This document shows positions 23,849-35,481 of a stretch of 64,000 bases of DNA, in pieces. Each line of letters starts with the position of its first letter. Within the stretch, counting starts at the first letter, position 1. Position numbers and translations under genes: made by a program. The notes beneath the pieces are model-generated. The model saw only the letters and a list, made by a program, of their open reading frames with translations. It had not been told where the DNA came from and did not search any database. Source of the DNA: Octopus sinensis (Eukaryota); the NCBI RefSeq assembly GCF_006345805.1, contig NC_042997.1, positions 43,896,001 to 43,960,000 of the forward strand, read 5' to 3'.

Positions 23849-25244
23849 ACAAGTCATCCATAAACCATAAATACAGCTTAAAATATTATCTCCTGCTTCT
23901 AACATTAAGAGTAGTTTGGTTTATGACTATGCATTGACTGATGCATCAATACTCTTTTTCTTTTTTTTTTTGATTTCCAAGTACCTGTCCTGATGCTCCA
24001 ACCGCTACACAAAACATTCTTGATTAAATTACTTGTCTTCCAAGGCTATTTTGGTTGATTGGCAATTATTAATTAACCAATAATCAATTTATAACCACGA
24101 GCCCACCAATTTACTCTTCTACTTTGTAAAAATGATTTCAGTATTTCTAACCTAATCTACTCAATACAGCTACTTCTCATCACCCCAACCGTGTCTTAAT
24201 TCAACATCCATGCACTCCATTTCACCAGTTCATCCTTGCTAGAACTTGAATTCCCTCTTTCCTCCTATCGCATAAACTTCAACTGCATCAATTTTCCAGT
24301 TTGCAGGCCCTTCTGAACTAGAGAGATCAATGTTGTTGTTTTAACCCAAGTCAGGTTTGATCCAGCAGATCTACTATAAAAATTGTCCCAGCCTTGAGCA
24401 CTCTATGGCTTTGTAAACCCAAAGCAATATTATCTAATGAATCCATTTTAAAATTTTTTTATAATATGGCAGAGAGGTAAATCTGTGGAAGATTTAGTTG
24501 TTAATTCTAGCAGATCAAGAGGCTGTATAGAAGTTGAAGTTGAACTTGCAGCAATTTAAGTTTTTGAACTAGACTAAATTGTAGTTAGCACAAAGGTGTA
24601 GCCATGACAGATTTAAAATAAACAGGGTGTAAAATTAGGTCTTAAAAGTGTTCCAGAGGACATGGTCAAATGTGTGAAATTCAATATAGTGATTCATTAT
24701 TGTTTCAATGTCCACTTTTCCATACTTGCAATGGTCAGACCGAGTTTATGGAGGTTGATTTTCTATGGCTGGATGCCCTCCTTGTGGCTAAACTTCACCA
24801 GTTACCAAGCAAGATAATATTTCCTGTAGTCAGAGAAGTTGTGTAGAATATTGGAAATGAATGACACAGCTTGTTATTTGCATGACAGTGATATTTATTT
24901 TCATATTCCACACAATGTTAAGGTAAGGACACACACACACAAACATCATCATCATGATTTAGTGTCCGTTTTCCATGATGGTTTGCAGGAGCTGACAAGT
25001 CAAAGGTCTCAGCCAAGCTATGGTTTCTCCTTTGGTATGTTTTCTTTGGAAGGTTGTCCTTCCTCAAGCCTAACACTTCAGAGTTTACTGGGTCCTTTTT
25101 ATGTGATACCAGCACTGGCAGGCCACCAAGTAATTTGCAAGACAAAGACCCCTTGATTAGGCCAGGGGAGTAGTATTGAGAGAGGTGGCTTTGTACCAGT
25201 TGATGAGAAGTTAAATTATAATAAAGGGAGAGAGATAGGTATAC

Positions 25245-26110
25245 ATCATCATCATCATCGTTTAACGTCCGTTTTCCATGCTAGCATGGGTTGGACGGTT
25301 TGACCGGGCTCTGGGAAGCCAGGAGGCTGCACCAGGCTCCAGTCTGATCTGGCAGTGTTTCTACAGCTGGATGCCCTTCTTAATGCCAACCACTCCAAGA
25401 GTGTAGTGGGTGCGTTTTACATGCCACTGGCACAGGGGCCAGAGGAAGCTGGCAACAGCCATGATTGGTTGGTGCTTTTTACATGCCACCAGTGAAGGTG
25501 GCACTGGCATCGGCCACGTTTGGATGGTGCTTTTTACGTGCCACCGGCACGGATATCAGAACTACAATTTCCATTTGATTTTCATTTCGATGCTGATGTA
25601 CTCAATGTCTCCTCAAGCACAGCAGGTCACCGTACAGGATTGGGGCTGGTTATGCGAAACTGGTGTAGGATACAGCCATCAACTCACTTTATTTGTCGGG
25701 TCTTCACAGTCACAGCATATCTCCAGAGGTCTCAGTCTTTCATCATAGCCTCTGTGAGGCCCAATGTTCAAAGGTCATGCTTCACTATCTCATCCAATGT
25801 TTTCCTGGGTCTACCTCTACCCCAGATTCCTTCCACTGTTTGGGAGTGGCACTCTTCACACAGCTCTCCTCATCCATCCGTAGTACATGACCATACCAGC
25901 GCAAACGTCTCTCTTGCACACCACATCCGATGCTTCTTATGTCCAATATTCCTCTCAGGGCGCTTACACTTTGTCGTGTGTGCACACTGCCATTACACAT
26001 CCAGCAGATCATGCTAGCTTCTTTTCTTTCGAGCCTGCGCTTGTCCTCCGCAGTCGTAGCCCATGTTTCACTGCTATGAAGCATGGCAGTTCACACACAT
26101 GCATCATACA
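25245..26110 (-). mobile_element. RTE-clade LINE 3' fragment
   Basis: MLHSSETWATTAEDKRRLERKEASMICWMC...ERRLRWYGHVLRMDE, followed by the 3' UTR and (GAT)n tail. Confidence 0.88.
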
Positions 26111-26119
26111 ATCTACCTG

Positions 26120-26153
<34 letters not shown>

Positions 26154-26154
26154 T

Positions 26155-26340
26155 GCAGAATTTAGACTAGTAGAAATATGTTTTCGTCCCATATTTCAAC
26201 TGCTAAGAGGCAAATACACTGCAGTTACTGTGGAGAAAATAACCCAAGAGAGATTTTTTTTCTCCACAGTAACTGCAGTGTATTTGCCTCTTAGCAGTTG
26301 AAATACATGACAATCATATTTCAATAAACCTAAATTCTGC
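26155..26340. repeat. Interrupted fold-back hairpin
   Basis: Perfect 48-bp arms at 26192-26239 and 26258-26305, plus outer pairings 26173-26180/26315-26322 and 26155-26165/26330-26340. Confidence 0.9.
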
Positions 26341-26652
26341 TTATACCTAAACGCTGCTTTGTGCCAATATATATATATATATAACCGGTGTTGTTCAAAC
26401 GATGAATAGCTTTGCGTAAACCATTGGTTCGTTTTGGTCTCTTACTTTATTATCATCTTATAATCATCTCATAATAATGACTGTTTTGACTCGTATTACT
26501 ACCTCAGTCAATCTAAATGTATATATTTGTCACTACCTATCATAAATAGCCTTTTTCTATTTGCAATATGCATTTTCATTGATTTTTCATATTTTACCCT
26601 TACATTTCTACGTGTATTTTATATTCTATATTTTCTTTTCGTAACATATTTC

Positions 26653-26690
<38 letters not shown>

Positions 26691-26694
<4 letters not shown>

Positions 26695-26855
26695 TAGAAA
26701 AAAAAACCACCTTTTATCAATTCAAAATGAAAAATTAAATTACACCATCTAGAAAATTACATGTTATAGAAAGATTGAATATAAGATAAAAAATATAACG
26801 ATGATTAATTTAATTTTTCATTTTGAATTGATAAAAGGTGTTTTTTTTCTAATTT
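26691..26855. repeat. AT-rich inverted repeat between (TA)n arrays
   Basis: About 50-bp arms at 26691-26742 and 26806-26855 with a ~63-bp spacer. Confidence 0.85.
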
Positions 26856-26940
26856 ATATATATATATAATATTTTGTGAAATTTGATTTAGTATTTCTAA
26901 ATTGAATTTTTCCCTGTAAGTTTGGAATAATATTCCCTCA

Positions 26941-26982
<42 letters not shown>

Positions 26983-27627
26983 ATGTCAGTTGATCATATA
27001 TCCAAAAAAGAAGCACACTCTATATGTTAAAGTAGTAATGAATTTACAGGAATGGTCAGTCATAAAGTGACCAATGGTTTTGCATCCACAAAGTGCTTAG
27101 CCTTATAGATAACACATCAGACTCCAATAGCTACGGATGTTGGAGACCACTTTATACCATGCACACACACAGAGGCACAGGCATGACCATGTGGTAAGAA
27201 GTTTGCTTCCTAACCACATGGTTTTGGTTCAATCCCACTGCATGGCACCTTGGACAAATGTTTTCTACAATATCTCAGGCCAACCAAAGGCTTGTAAATG
27301 GATTTGGTAGACAGAAACTAAAAGAAACATGTTGTGTGTGTGTCTGTGTGCGTGTGCTACTGTCTCCGTGCCTTTATCCTGGTTGATAATTGTAAATGAG
27401 TGTCGTCATAATGCAAGTAGTATCTCTTTCCAGTATTATGTGAGAACATGCCTAACCATGGGGAAATATCAACTTCCTTGGTAACAGGTGAAGGCTGCTG
27501 ACAGGTAGGGCATTCCGCAGCAGAAAATCTACCTCAACAAATTCTATTTGACCCATGCAAACATGGGAAAAAGTAGATGTTAAAAAGTGATATATATATA
27601 GAGAGAGAGAGATGGGGAGGGAGGGGA

Positions 27628-27662
<35 letters not shown>

Positions 27663-27809
27663 CAACAGAAAAAATAATCATAGTTTTGTTTATATTAATA
27701 AATATTGATATTCTTATTAAATAAGAATGTTGGAATTTCATCATTTCTAGAGCCCCTAAAAACTGAAGATATATCTGTTTTATCAGACATAGCCGTTTTC
27801 TAGGTTGAA

Positions 27810-28290
27810 AAAGTGAAACTGTTTTGCCTCTGACAAAAAGAAAAAAAGTGAAACTGTTTTGCCTCTTCCAAAAAAAGTGAAATTATTTTTCCTCTGCCAA
27901 AAAATGTGAAACTATTATTCCTCTGCCAAAAAATGTGAAACTATTTTTCCTCTGCCAAAAAATGTGAAACTATTTTTCCTCTGCCAAAAATGTGAAACTC
28001 TTTTCCCTCTACCAAAAAAGTGAAACTGCTCTTCTTTTGCCTCAAAAATGAAACTGTTTTTTCCTCAGCCAAAAGAAGTGAAATCATTTTCTTTTACCAA
28101 AAAATTCAAAACCGTTTTTTCAGCAAAAAAACAGTAAAACTGTTTTTCTGTAGCTAAAGAATGTGAAACTGTTTTTCATAACTAAAAATAAGATAAAAAT
28201 AAGTTGTTTCTCTGGCAAAAAATGTAAAAGTGTTCTTCTTTCAGCAAAACAATGAAACTGTTTTCTCAGCCAAAAAACATGAAACTATAA
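27810..28290. repeat. Degenerate ~30-bp minisatellite
   Basis: Repeated aaaaatgtgaaactatttttcctctgcc-like unit, about 15 copies, most homogeneous at 27880-28010. Confidence 0.85.
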
Positions 28291-28656
28291 CTGTTTTCTC
28301 TTTACCGTTTGGAATTGCTATTTTTGCAGGGTCGTTTCGAAGTAATTAATTTAATTAGTCAGCCTGTTTGCCCACCTAGTCAGTTTGGTAGCATCATTCA
28401 AAAGCTACAACAATGCAACAATATGAGGAAACACATTGTAACTAGCAGTGAATGACTACATCCGACAGTCTGCTCAAATTAAGTAGTCAGGGGAGAAGAG
28501 TAGGGTCCAGAAGACCTTTGCAGGCTTTCCCAGACTGATGAGATTGTTTGAACCTCTGTAGGTTAAACTGGGAGAAGTGTTTCATTTTAACTTCAAGACT
28601 ATTCTCGCATACTTTGGATCACTAAACTCACACTTCTTTTAATGATTTTATTTCAA

Positions 28657-29030
28657 CTAGCAGTATCGCCCGGCGTTGCTTGGGTTTGTAAGGGAAATAA
28701 CTATATAAGCATTTTTAGAGAGTTATAGCCTAAAAATAGCAAAAAAATGGTAAATTTTTTTTTAAATCGTTGACTCATCGTAGACATTTTTAGAGAGTTA
28801 CTTCCCTTATATAATAGCGAAAAAAATGCATTAAAATGGAAAAAAATGATGGTAAATTATTTTTAAAATCATAGACTCATCGTAGACGCGCACTAATACC
28901 CAGAAGGGCTCGATATGAATCACGACTATAAGATACCCGGTTTTGGTTAAACTGCACCGCAAAATGTGGGAGTAGTTAGGAATCTAAATCGTAGGAGACA
29001 GACACACAACCTTACTTTTATATATAAAGA
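28657..29030 (-). mobile_element. Non-autonomous Helitron (same family)
   Basis: TC and CTAG termini, A|T insertion site, subterminal hairpin; homologous to 10277-10672. Confidence 0.85.
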
Positions 29031-29571
29031 TAAATTCTTTCAGTTTTATCAGTGCATTTTCAATAATTACCTAAAAGTATTTACAACCGTTCCTCAAGTA
29101 TCCTTCACTCAGTTTAGTAAACCTGAGTAAATGAACTGGAATATTTGAAGTCTACCAGAAAATAATGTAAATGTATTCCATGTTTTAAGGGTGAGACATG
29201 AGGGATAGTGTAAGGAAAAGAGACAGCTATATCTGAGGGATTTGGAGTGAACTGGGGATACAACTATATAGTGCAGAAGAATAGAAACTATTGTAGTTAT
29301 GGTAACACTGAAGAAATAAAATCTTGTAGTTATGGAAACACCGAAGAAATAAAATTTGAGTCTGAAGTTATAACGGACTGGTGAATCAGTGTTTCCATCA
29401 CAACCTCCTATCAACTTGAACTTCCTTTGAATGTTTATGTGTGCATGTGTGTAGAAGCAGCATTTCAGATCTTTGAGCAGTATTCTATGTGTTTTATACA
29501 ATCACATCATCAAAATCTGAAAGGTATGAGATAATTTCGGTTTTTAACAATGGGAATAAATAAGTATGACA

Positions 29572-29973
29572 TCTTTATATATGAAAGTAAGTTGTGTGTC
29601 TGTCTGTCTCCTACGATTTAGATTCCTAACTACTCCCACATTTTGCGGTGCAGTTTAACCAAAACCGGGTATCTTATAGTCGTGATTCATATCAAGCCCT
29701 TCTGGGTATTAGCGCGCGTCTACGATGAGTCTACGATTTAAAAAAAATTACCATCATTTTTTTCCATTTTAGTGCATTTTTTTCGCTATTATATAAGGGA
29801 AGTAACTCTCTAAAAATGTCTACGATGAGTCAACGACTTTTATAAAAATTTACCATCATTTTTTTTCCATTTTTAATGCATTTTTTTTTTGCTATTTTTT
29901 ACTATAACTCTCTAAAAATGCTTATATAGTTATTTCCCTTACAAACCCAAGCAACGCCGGGCGATACTACTAG
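29572..29973 (+). mobile_element. Non-autonomous Helitron (same family, opposite orientation)
   Basis: a|TCTTTATATATG at the 5' end and CAACGCCGGGCGATACTACTAG|t at the 3' end. Confidence 0.85.
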
Positions 29974-31523
29974 TATGACATAATAATCTAAATAGGAAAG
30001 AGTTAAGGTAAACCAGGTACAGAGAGAGGTGTGACGCCTCAGCTAACAAACAAAAAAGTTTCAAAATGGAAAATAAGTTCGTGGATTTCTTTACTCATGC
30101 AAAATTTGATATTAAAAACAAGTTACGAGGAAGTGAAGTTTCGCAGGTTAAGGTTAGGAGTTTAGGATTAACTTGTACTTATTTCATTCATTCATCTCTT
30201 GAATGCTGATCTATTTATTCAACTGTCTCATATATGTAGATACAATGTCCCAGGTTAATAAAAACGTATGAGAACTAATACTATTATTATTGGTGTAGTC
30301 CATGTGAACATAACGCCCAGCCCAGCAAATGTCGATTTTACAACCCGACTACAACACTAAAGTATAATTACAGTTTAGTGCTCCATACACCCGACTCTGC
30401 GAACTTGTTTCTTCGTAACTTTTCTTAAAGACAGCATATCTTTGCGTGCGCCAAGAATCAACCAACATATTTTCCGATTTGAAAATGTTCTGTTTAGGAG
30501 CTTCAACCCTTAGATATACGGATGGATTTGTAATTTAGCTTAAAAACTATGGGTCGAGAAAAAATATATCCTACAATGTCTGAGCTAAATAGCATTCAGA
30601 ACTATATCGTCCCAGCCTGGGATATTGTACACAACCAGAAATAAAACGACTGATAACGATCGAATATCGAACTGTAATGTAAATATTATTGAGTATAGCA
30701 AATATTCTGAAAACTATGATAGTAATTAATATCCTACAACTTATTACACCAAAACTACGGTCGATCATTAGATATCAATTAAGCTTGTACCCTGATATTA
30801 AAATCGGACACAAACAATTCCACCAACTTTCAAGTTTGTTTTATGTGATAGTGAATATAAGCAAAACATGTTAGGAAAAATAATATTTATAAATATCAAG
30901 ATATATATATATCTATAAAATTTGCGAATATAACAAATAATAACGATTTCTTCTAATATAGACACAAAGCTAGACATTTTGGTGTCGGGTATTAGGGGTA
31001 TTGTTGATTAAATCCCCTCAGTACTTGAATGATAATGAAATGAATGGGATTTTGAATATGTTTATAAATATTTGTAACATTGGTGCAAGACTCTTACAAG
31101 ATAAATTCGATTTAAACGATCTTAGTTTTTGCCAAGTACACACTTTATTGTATATAGAAATAATGACAGGTAAAGACATATGTACAATTAATAAAAATGA
31201 AAATACATTTCTTCATTCTCATTGACTGAGGATCATCGTACACGTTGTGTGTGTGTGTGTGTTTGGACAATTAAAAGTTTAGAATGTTCCACCTGTTCCA
31301 ATTCTGTAGCATCGAAAATATTACGTAAATAGTCTTTTTAACAGTCCTTTTTAGTATACAATACTAAATCTTGCACAATATTAAGTCATAACGAATTCCA
31401 TGGACATAAAAGACAAAAACAAATTCATCAAAACAAAACAAAAACAAGTTAAAATAAGAATGATGAAGCTATGAATGAAATCTCGGACGGGTGAAAGAAA
31501 AATAAAGGAGAGAATTGTTTTAC

Positions 31524-31608
31524 CAAATCTCGAAGAGGAGCCTTCAATTTCGCGACTGTTCATCTCAGAAGCCGTTGGTTCTTCGTTCGTGATAATTTCT
31601 TGATCCAT
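31524..31608 (-). CDS. SLC11A2: Candidate distal first coding exon of NRAMP (MDQEIITNEEPTASEMNSREIEGSSSRF-D)
   Basis: aggATGG Kozak context, then 28 codons + 1 nt, then TTG|GTAAAA donor. Phase 1 matches the 8430 acceptor. The acidic/Ser-rich peptide is typical of NRAMP N-tails. A possible upstream acceptor (ttccag|) lies at 31710. Confidence 0.5.
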
Positions 31609-31780
31609 CCTGTTCTTATCAAACAATAGTTCATTAATTAATTTTATCTTTCAATCATCGTTTTTGATAACTTTGTGTCAGTGAAAAAAAAAATTAGTTT
31701 CTAATACACCTGGAACAAACACCTCTAATTGTTTAAAGGTCGGTTAAATCTCATGTACTGTTCGCTTCTTTCTCTGTTTA

Positions 31781-31987
31781 TACGTGATGCGGGTCTAAAA
31801 TATGGTTCTTGGCGACAGACCAACGTCCGAAAGCCAATTCTCCTGTTTTGCCCTCGAAATATATTATTATATACTTTGTGCTCTTGTTTGTTGTTTGTAC
31901 ATGAGTGTGTATACGTGTGTGGATGAAAGCTAATTTGTGGGTGCGCGCACCGTGTGTCTATTGGTTAAAAGGTAGTTTGTGTATTGG
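31781..31987 (-). promoter_or_regulatory. Candidate regulatory motif cluster upstream of the distal NRAMP exon
   Basis: TACGTG at 31781 and 31912, palindrome GGTGCGCGCACC at 31940-31951 (TGCRCNC on both strands), and ATTGG/CCAAT at 31960 and 31983. Confidence 0.4.
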
Positions 31988-32446
31988 GACAGAGGATAGT
32001 TCAGTTAGATTTGAAACACTTTATTTTCTTGAAACTCACCCAACAAGTACTTATTTATTTCTGATGTGCTTGTCATTGAAAAATAATAACAATAAAAATA
32101 ATTTTCATTGTCAAAAACACAACACAAACCTATTTTTAGTTTACTAATTAGGCAGAGCAATTTTCAAAAGCTTATCTACGGATTCAGTTTAATCATGTAC
32201 AATTTTATTTGAAAATATATCTGAAGTTAATCCTAGATGTAATTAAATCCAGATAGGACAACAAACGAAAGCAATCCTTCCAAATGCAGTAGCACCTAAT
32301 TAAATATGTTTAATATCAACAAGTGATTTCAAAACTCAAGTCGAGTAAAACTGAACAAAATGTCATCGGACAGCAATTCTTTGTCAATTATTAACGCGGA
32401 GAAGGCAGTCGCTCCATGTGTTTCTTGCTTTTATGTTCTCACCCCT

Positions 32447-32485
<39 letters not shown>

Positions 32486-33090
32486 CAACTTTTTCTCTTG
32501 ATCCACAGAATTCCCGTCTTTGTACGGGGAAGTTTGTGTAAATGTAAAGTACTTTTCTCAAGACATCTTTTTGTTAAGTATTAATATCAGATGCATGTAA
32601 CTTTCTTCAATATTCAGACAAGTGACTGTCATTCATTGGCTGTGGAAGAAATGGATGCACTTGTCGTAGGCCTGGTGATTAATCACTGTTAGTTCTTGTC
32701 GAAAACGAATGTAAAAGGCCATACTTATTTGATCACCTGTAACTTAAGGACAGGTGATTAAAGAAAATATTACTCTGCAGCTAGATGACAGCTGCCTTTG
32801 GAAGGCATCCTATTGTTCAAGATACTTATCGTTATCAACGTGTGAATCAACCTGTTGCTGGCTGACAAAATATCATCCACCCTCCTCTGACTTATTCTCA
32901 ACGATGAAAATCATTTGGTTTGTTGTTATTTGGAATATTTTACACGGTTTAGATTCACACAGAAACTTCGTCGTTGAAATGAACACTCCTCAGCAATTCT
33001 AGGTAGGTTCACCGCGCATTTATACAGATGGCAAGTAGCAATTAAAATGAGAGGAAGAAAGGCATTATTAATTAGTTGAAATGGTTCTTT

Positions 33091-33322
33091 AGGCGGTGAG
33101 CTGGCAGAAACGGTAGCACGCCGGGCGAAATGCTTAGCGGTATTTCGTCAGCCGTTACGTTGTGAGTTCAAATTCCGCCGAGGTTGACTTTGCCTTTCAT
33201 CCTTTCGGGGTCGATAAATTAAGTACCAGTTCCGCACTGGGGTCGATGTAATCGACTTAATACCTATGTCTGTCCTTGTTTGTCCCCTCTAAGTTTAGCC
33301 CCTTGTGGGTAATAGAGAAATA
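33091..33322 (+). mobile_element. SINE family C (~230 bp)
   Basis: GGCGGTGAGCTGGCAGAA...GAGTTCAAATTCCGCC head. Homologs lie at ~21455-21670(-), ~23097-23310(+), ~50185-50427(-) and ~59808-60037(-). Confidence 0.8.
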
Positions 33323-34063
33323 GGTTCTTTATTTTCATCGTTACAATATAAGATGTAACTTTTTTCGAGTTGTTACACAATGATAATTTGCCCTTCTTTT
33401 ATTCGATCTGTAAGTAATTAAACTCATCTTTTGTTGACTGATGGGAAAAGGAGTGAAAGAAAGAGTTAGAGTCTACCTGTTTCGCCTGACAAGAAGATAA
33501 TCCATAAGTGAAAGGAGAGAAATAGATGCTCTTCAGCTACGCACCAAGTGATCAGAGAGAGAGTGATTTTGAGTTGTGTATTTATATTTTTCCTAAATTA
33601 GATCAGTCTACACAAAGGATTTTCCGTCTCTTATCTTCTTGACCCTATCTAACCTAAGAATGTTAACTTAAACGATAAAATCCTTACTGAATGTGACTGT
33701 TGACTTACGTTAATTTCTAAATGTAAAAGCCGAGAACAATAGGAAAAGAACTTGTAGAAAAATGTAGATTCGGCTTCGGTTCCTGGTTTAGAATGTAGGA
33801 AACTATTCGTTACACAACCATAAAAGAAAGATTCGGAGATCAACTGGGATGACAAGGTGGCTGAAAGTTTGTGTGATTATAAATTCCAGTGTGACAGAAT
33901 TACCACTTGCGGGGCATTTTCAGGATTTAGTGTCTTATTTTCAAGTTATTTTCCAAAAATCTAACGATGATAATGTTTTTGTACTGACAAGCATAACCTA
34001 TTGGAATGATTAGTGCAAAAACAATAAAGACAAATAGTATTTAAGTAGTAATCATTAATTGAA

Positions 34064-34486
34064 ATGGCGATCTTTCGTCTCTAGTAGACCTTTCCGTCGA
34101 TTTCCGTAAAAATTTTTTTTTTTTTTTTACATATGGGCTTGCGGGAACTTTTGAAGTAATATACATACATATACACAAACACCGAGTAAAAAATTTCAGT
34201 TATCTCTCTCTTTCACACATTACTCTGTCTCTTCACACACACTAACAGAAGCACTTCACTTACACAACATACTGTCTGTCTCCCACACCCCATCAAACAC
34301 ACACACACACACACATGTACATCAATGCTTCGGTAACTTCAAAAGAACTTCCCTCGTCATACAATCGCTTTCTCTTAGTCTCTTTCGCTCTCATTACTTC
34401 AAAAGTTCCCGCAAGCCCATATGTAAAAAAAAAAAATTTTTTACGGAAATCGATGGAAAGGTCTACTAGAGACGAAAGATTGCCAT
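34064..34486. repeat. Inverted repeat with spacer, probable Penelope-like remnant
   Basis: About 95-bp arms at 34064-34160 and 34393-34486. The 232-bp spacer contains CA/TACA microsatellites. Confidence 0.85.
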
Positions 34487-34959
34487 TGAAATTGCATGAC
34501 GAAATCACACAAGAAAGATAAGTTGCGTGAATGTATCTTTATTTATGAAAACTCCTTTCCGTCACTTTTAGGAAGCGCACGGAACGCTCTAGCTTTTGGC
34601 CTTATCGGTACTTGATTCGCATACATAAGAAGAATAGACGGTGACTTCCTCATTCGGGTAACACATGCGAACGTGTGCTTGAAGGTTTCGTTACTTTATA
34701 TGCTTCGTCAGAGACACGGCTGTTTTTCATCTACTTTCTATTCAGCTGTTTTTCATCCATGCTCTTCTACTGTTCAACTGCCGTTTTCTCCATGTTCAAT
34801 CTGAACAAAAAGTGGAGAAATGGTTGGAAATAAGTACACAATGAATGATAAACATGATTATTTAAATGTAATAATTCAGACGAGTCTAGCAGAATAGAAA
34901 AACCCTAGGGAGCAGGTATGCATGTTTCACATAGTTTCTATGAGTCACATAGAACTGTG

Positions 34960-35330
34960 AAATTCTGTCACGGCCTGTACATATGATCTGGAGACGGGAG
35001 TATCACTAAAACATTTTTTTTCTTAGCAAAAAGGGCGACGTAATTTAATCCAAAGGTTTTCGATATTTGCGGTAACGGAATCACAAAATTTGCAAACACG
35101 ATGAAGTTCTGTGGCCGAATTTGTCGGGACATAAGAGTCGTAGGAAAACTAATCTGAAGTAAATCTTCGATCCATGGAATGCTATGTCTTATGGTCTTTC
35201 CAACGATGTCATGCAGGTACATCTTACCTTGCGAATGATTTGTATCTGGATTTAATGTACTGCAGGCACTTTGAAAAGTACGCTTATAAAACGTTGCTGG
35301 TACGATCCAAATGTGTTGTCATCATAAAAT
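34960..35330 (-). mobile_element. Possible highly decayed DDE transposase relic
   Basis: A stop-riddled frame ends ...VTANIENLWIKLRR, reminiscent of Merlin or Tc1 IENLW motifs. The evidence is weak. Confidence 0.2.
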
Positions 35331-35481
35331 TCGTAACTAATGTAAGTTCAACCATTATCATTTAAAAACGTTAAAAACACAAAATTTGATGATGTTTTAC
35401 AGTAATGATAAATTAATTCTAAGTAAACGAAAATTATTTTTTGCAACGCTTGTTTGGTTTTACGTGAAATTCATGTGATGA

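Noticed and set aside
32677-32695. CAGUGA loop on the minus strand upstream of NRAMP as a possible iron-responsive element
   Set aside because: The upper stem has a mismatch and there is no bulged C. The CAGTGT at ~35800 also fails to pair. The DMT1 IRE is in the 3' UTR, outside this window.
34665-34720. Minus-strand CTGACGA...GAAAC spacing
   Set aside because: There is no convincing stem II and no NUH triplet. It is likely chance.
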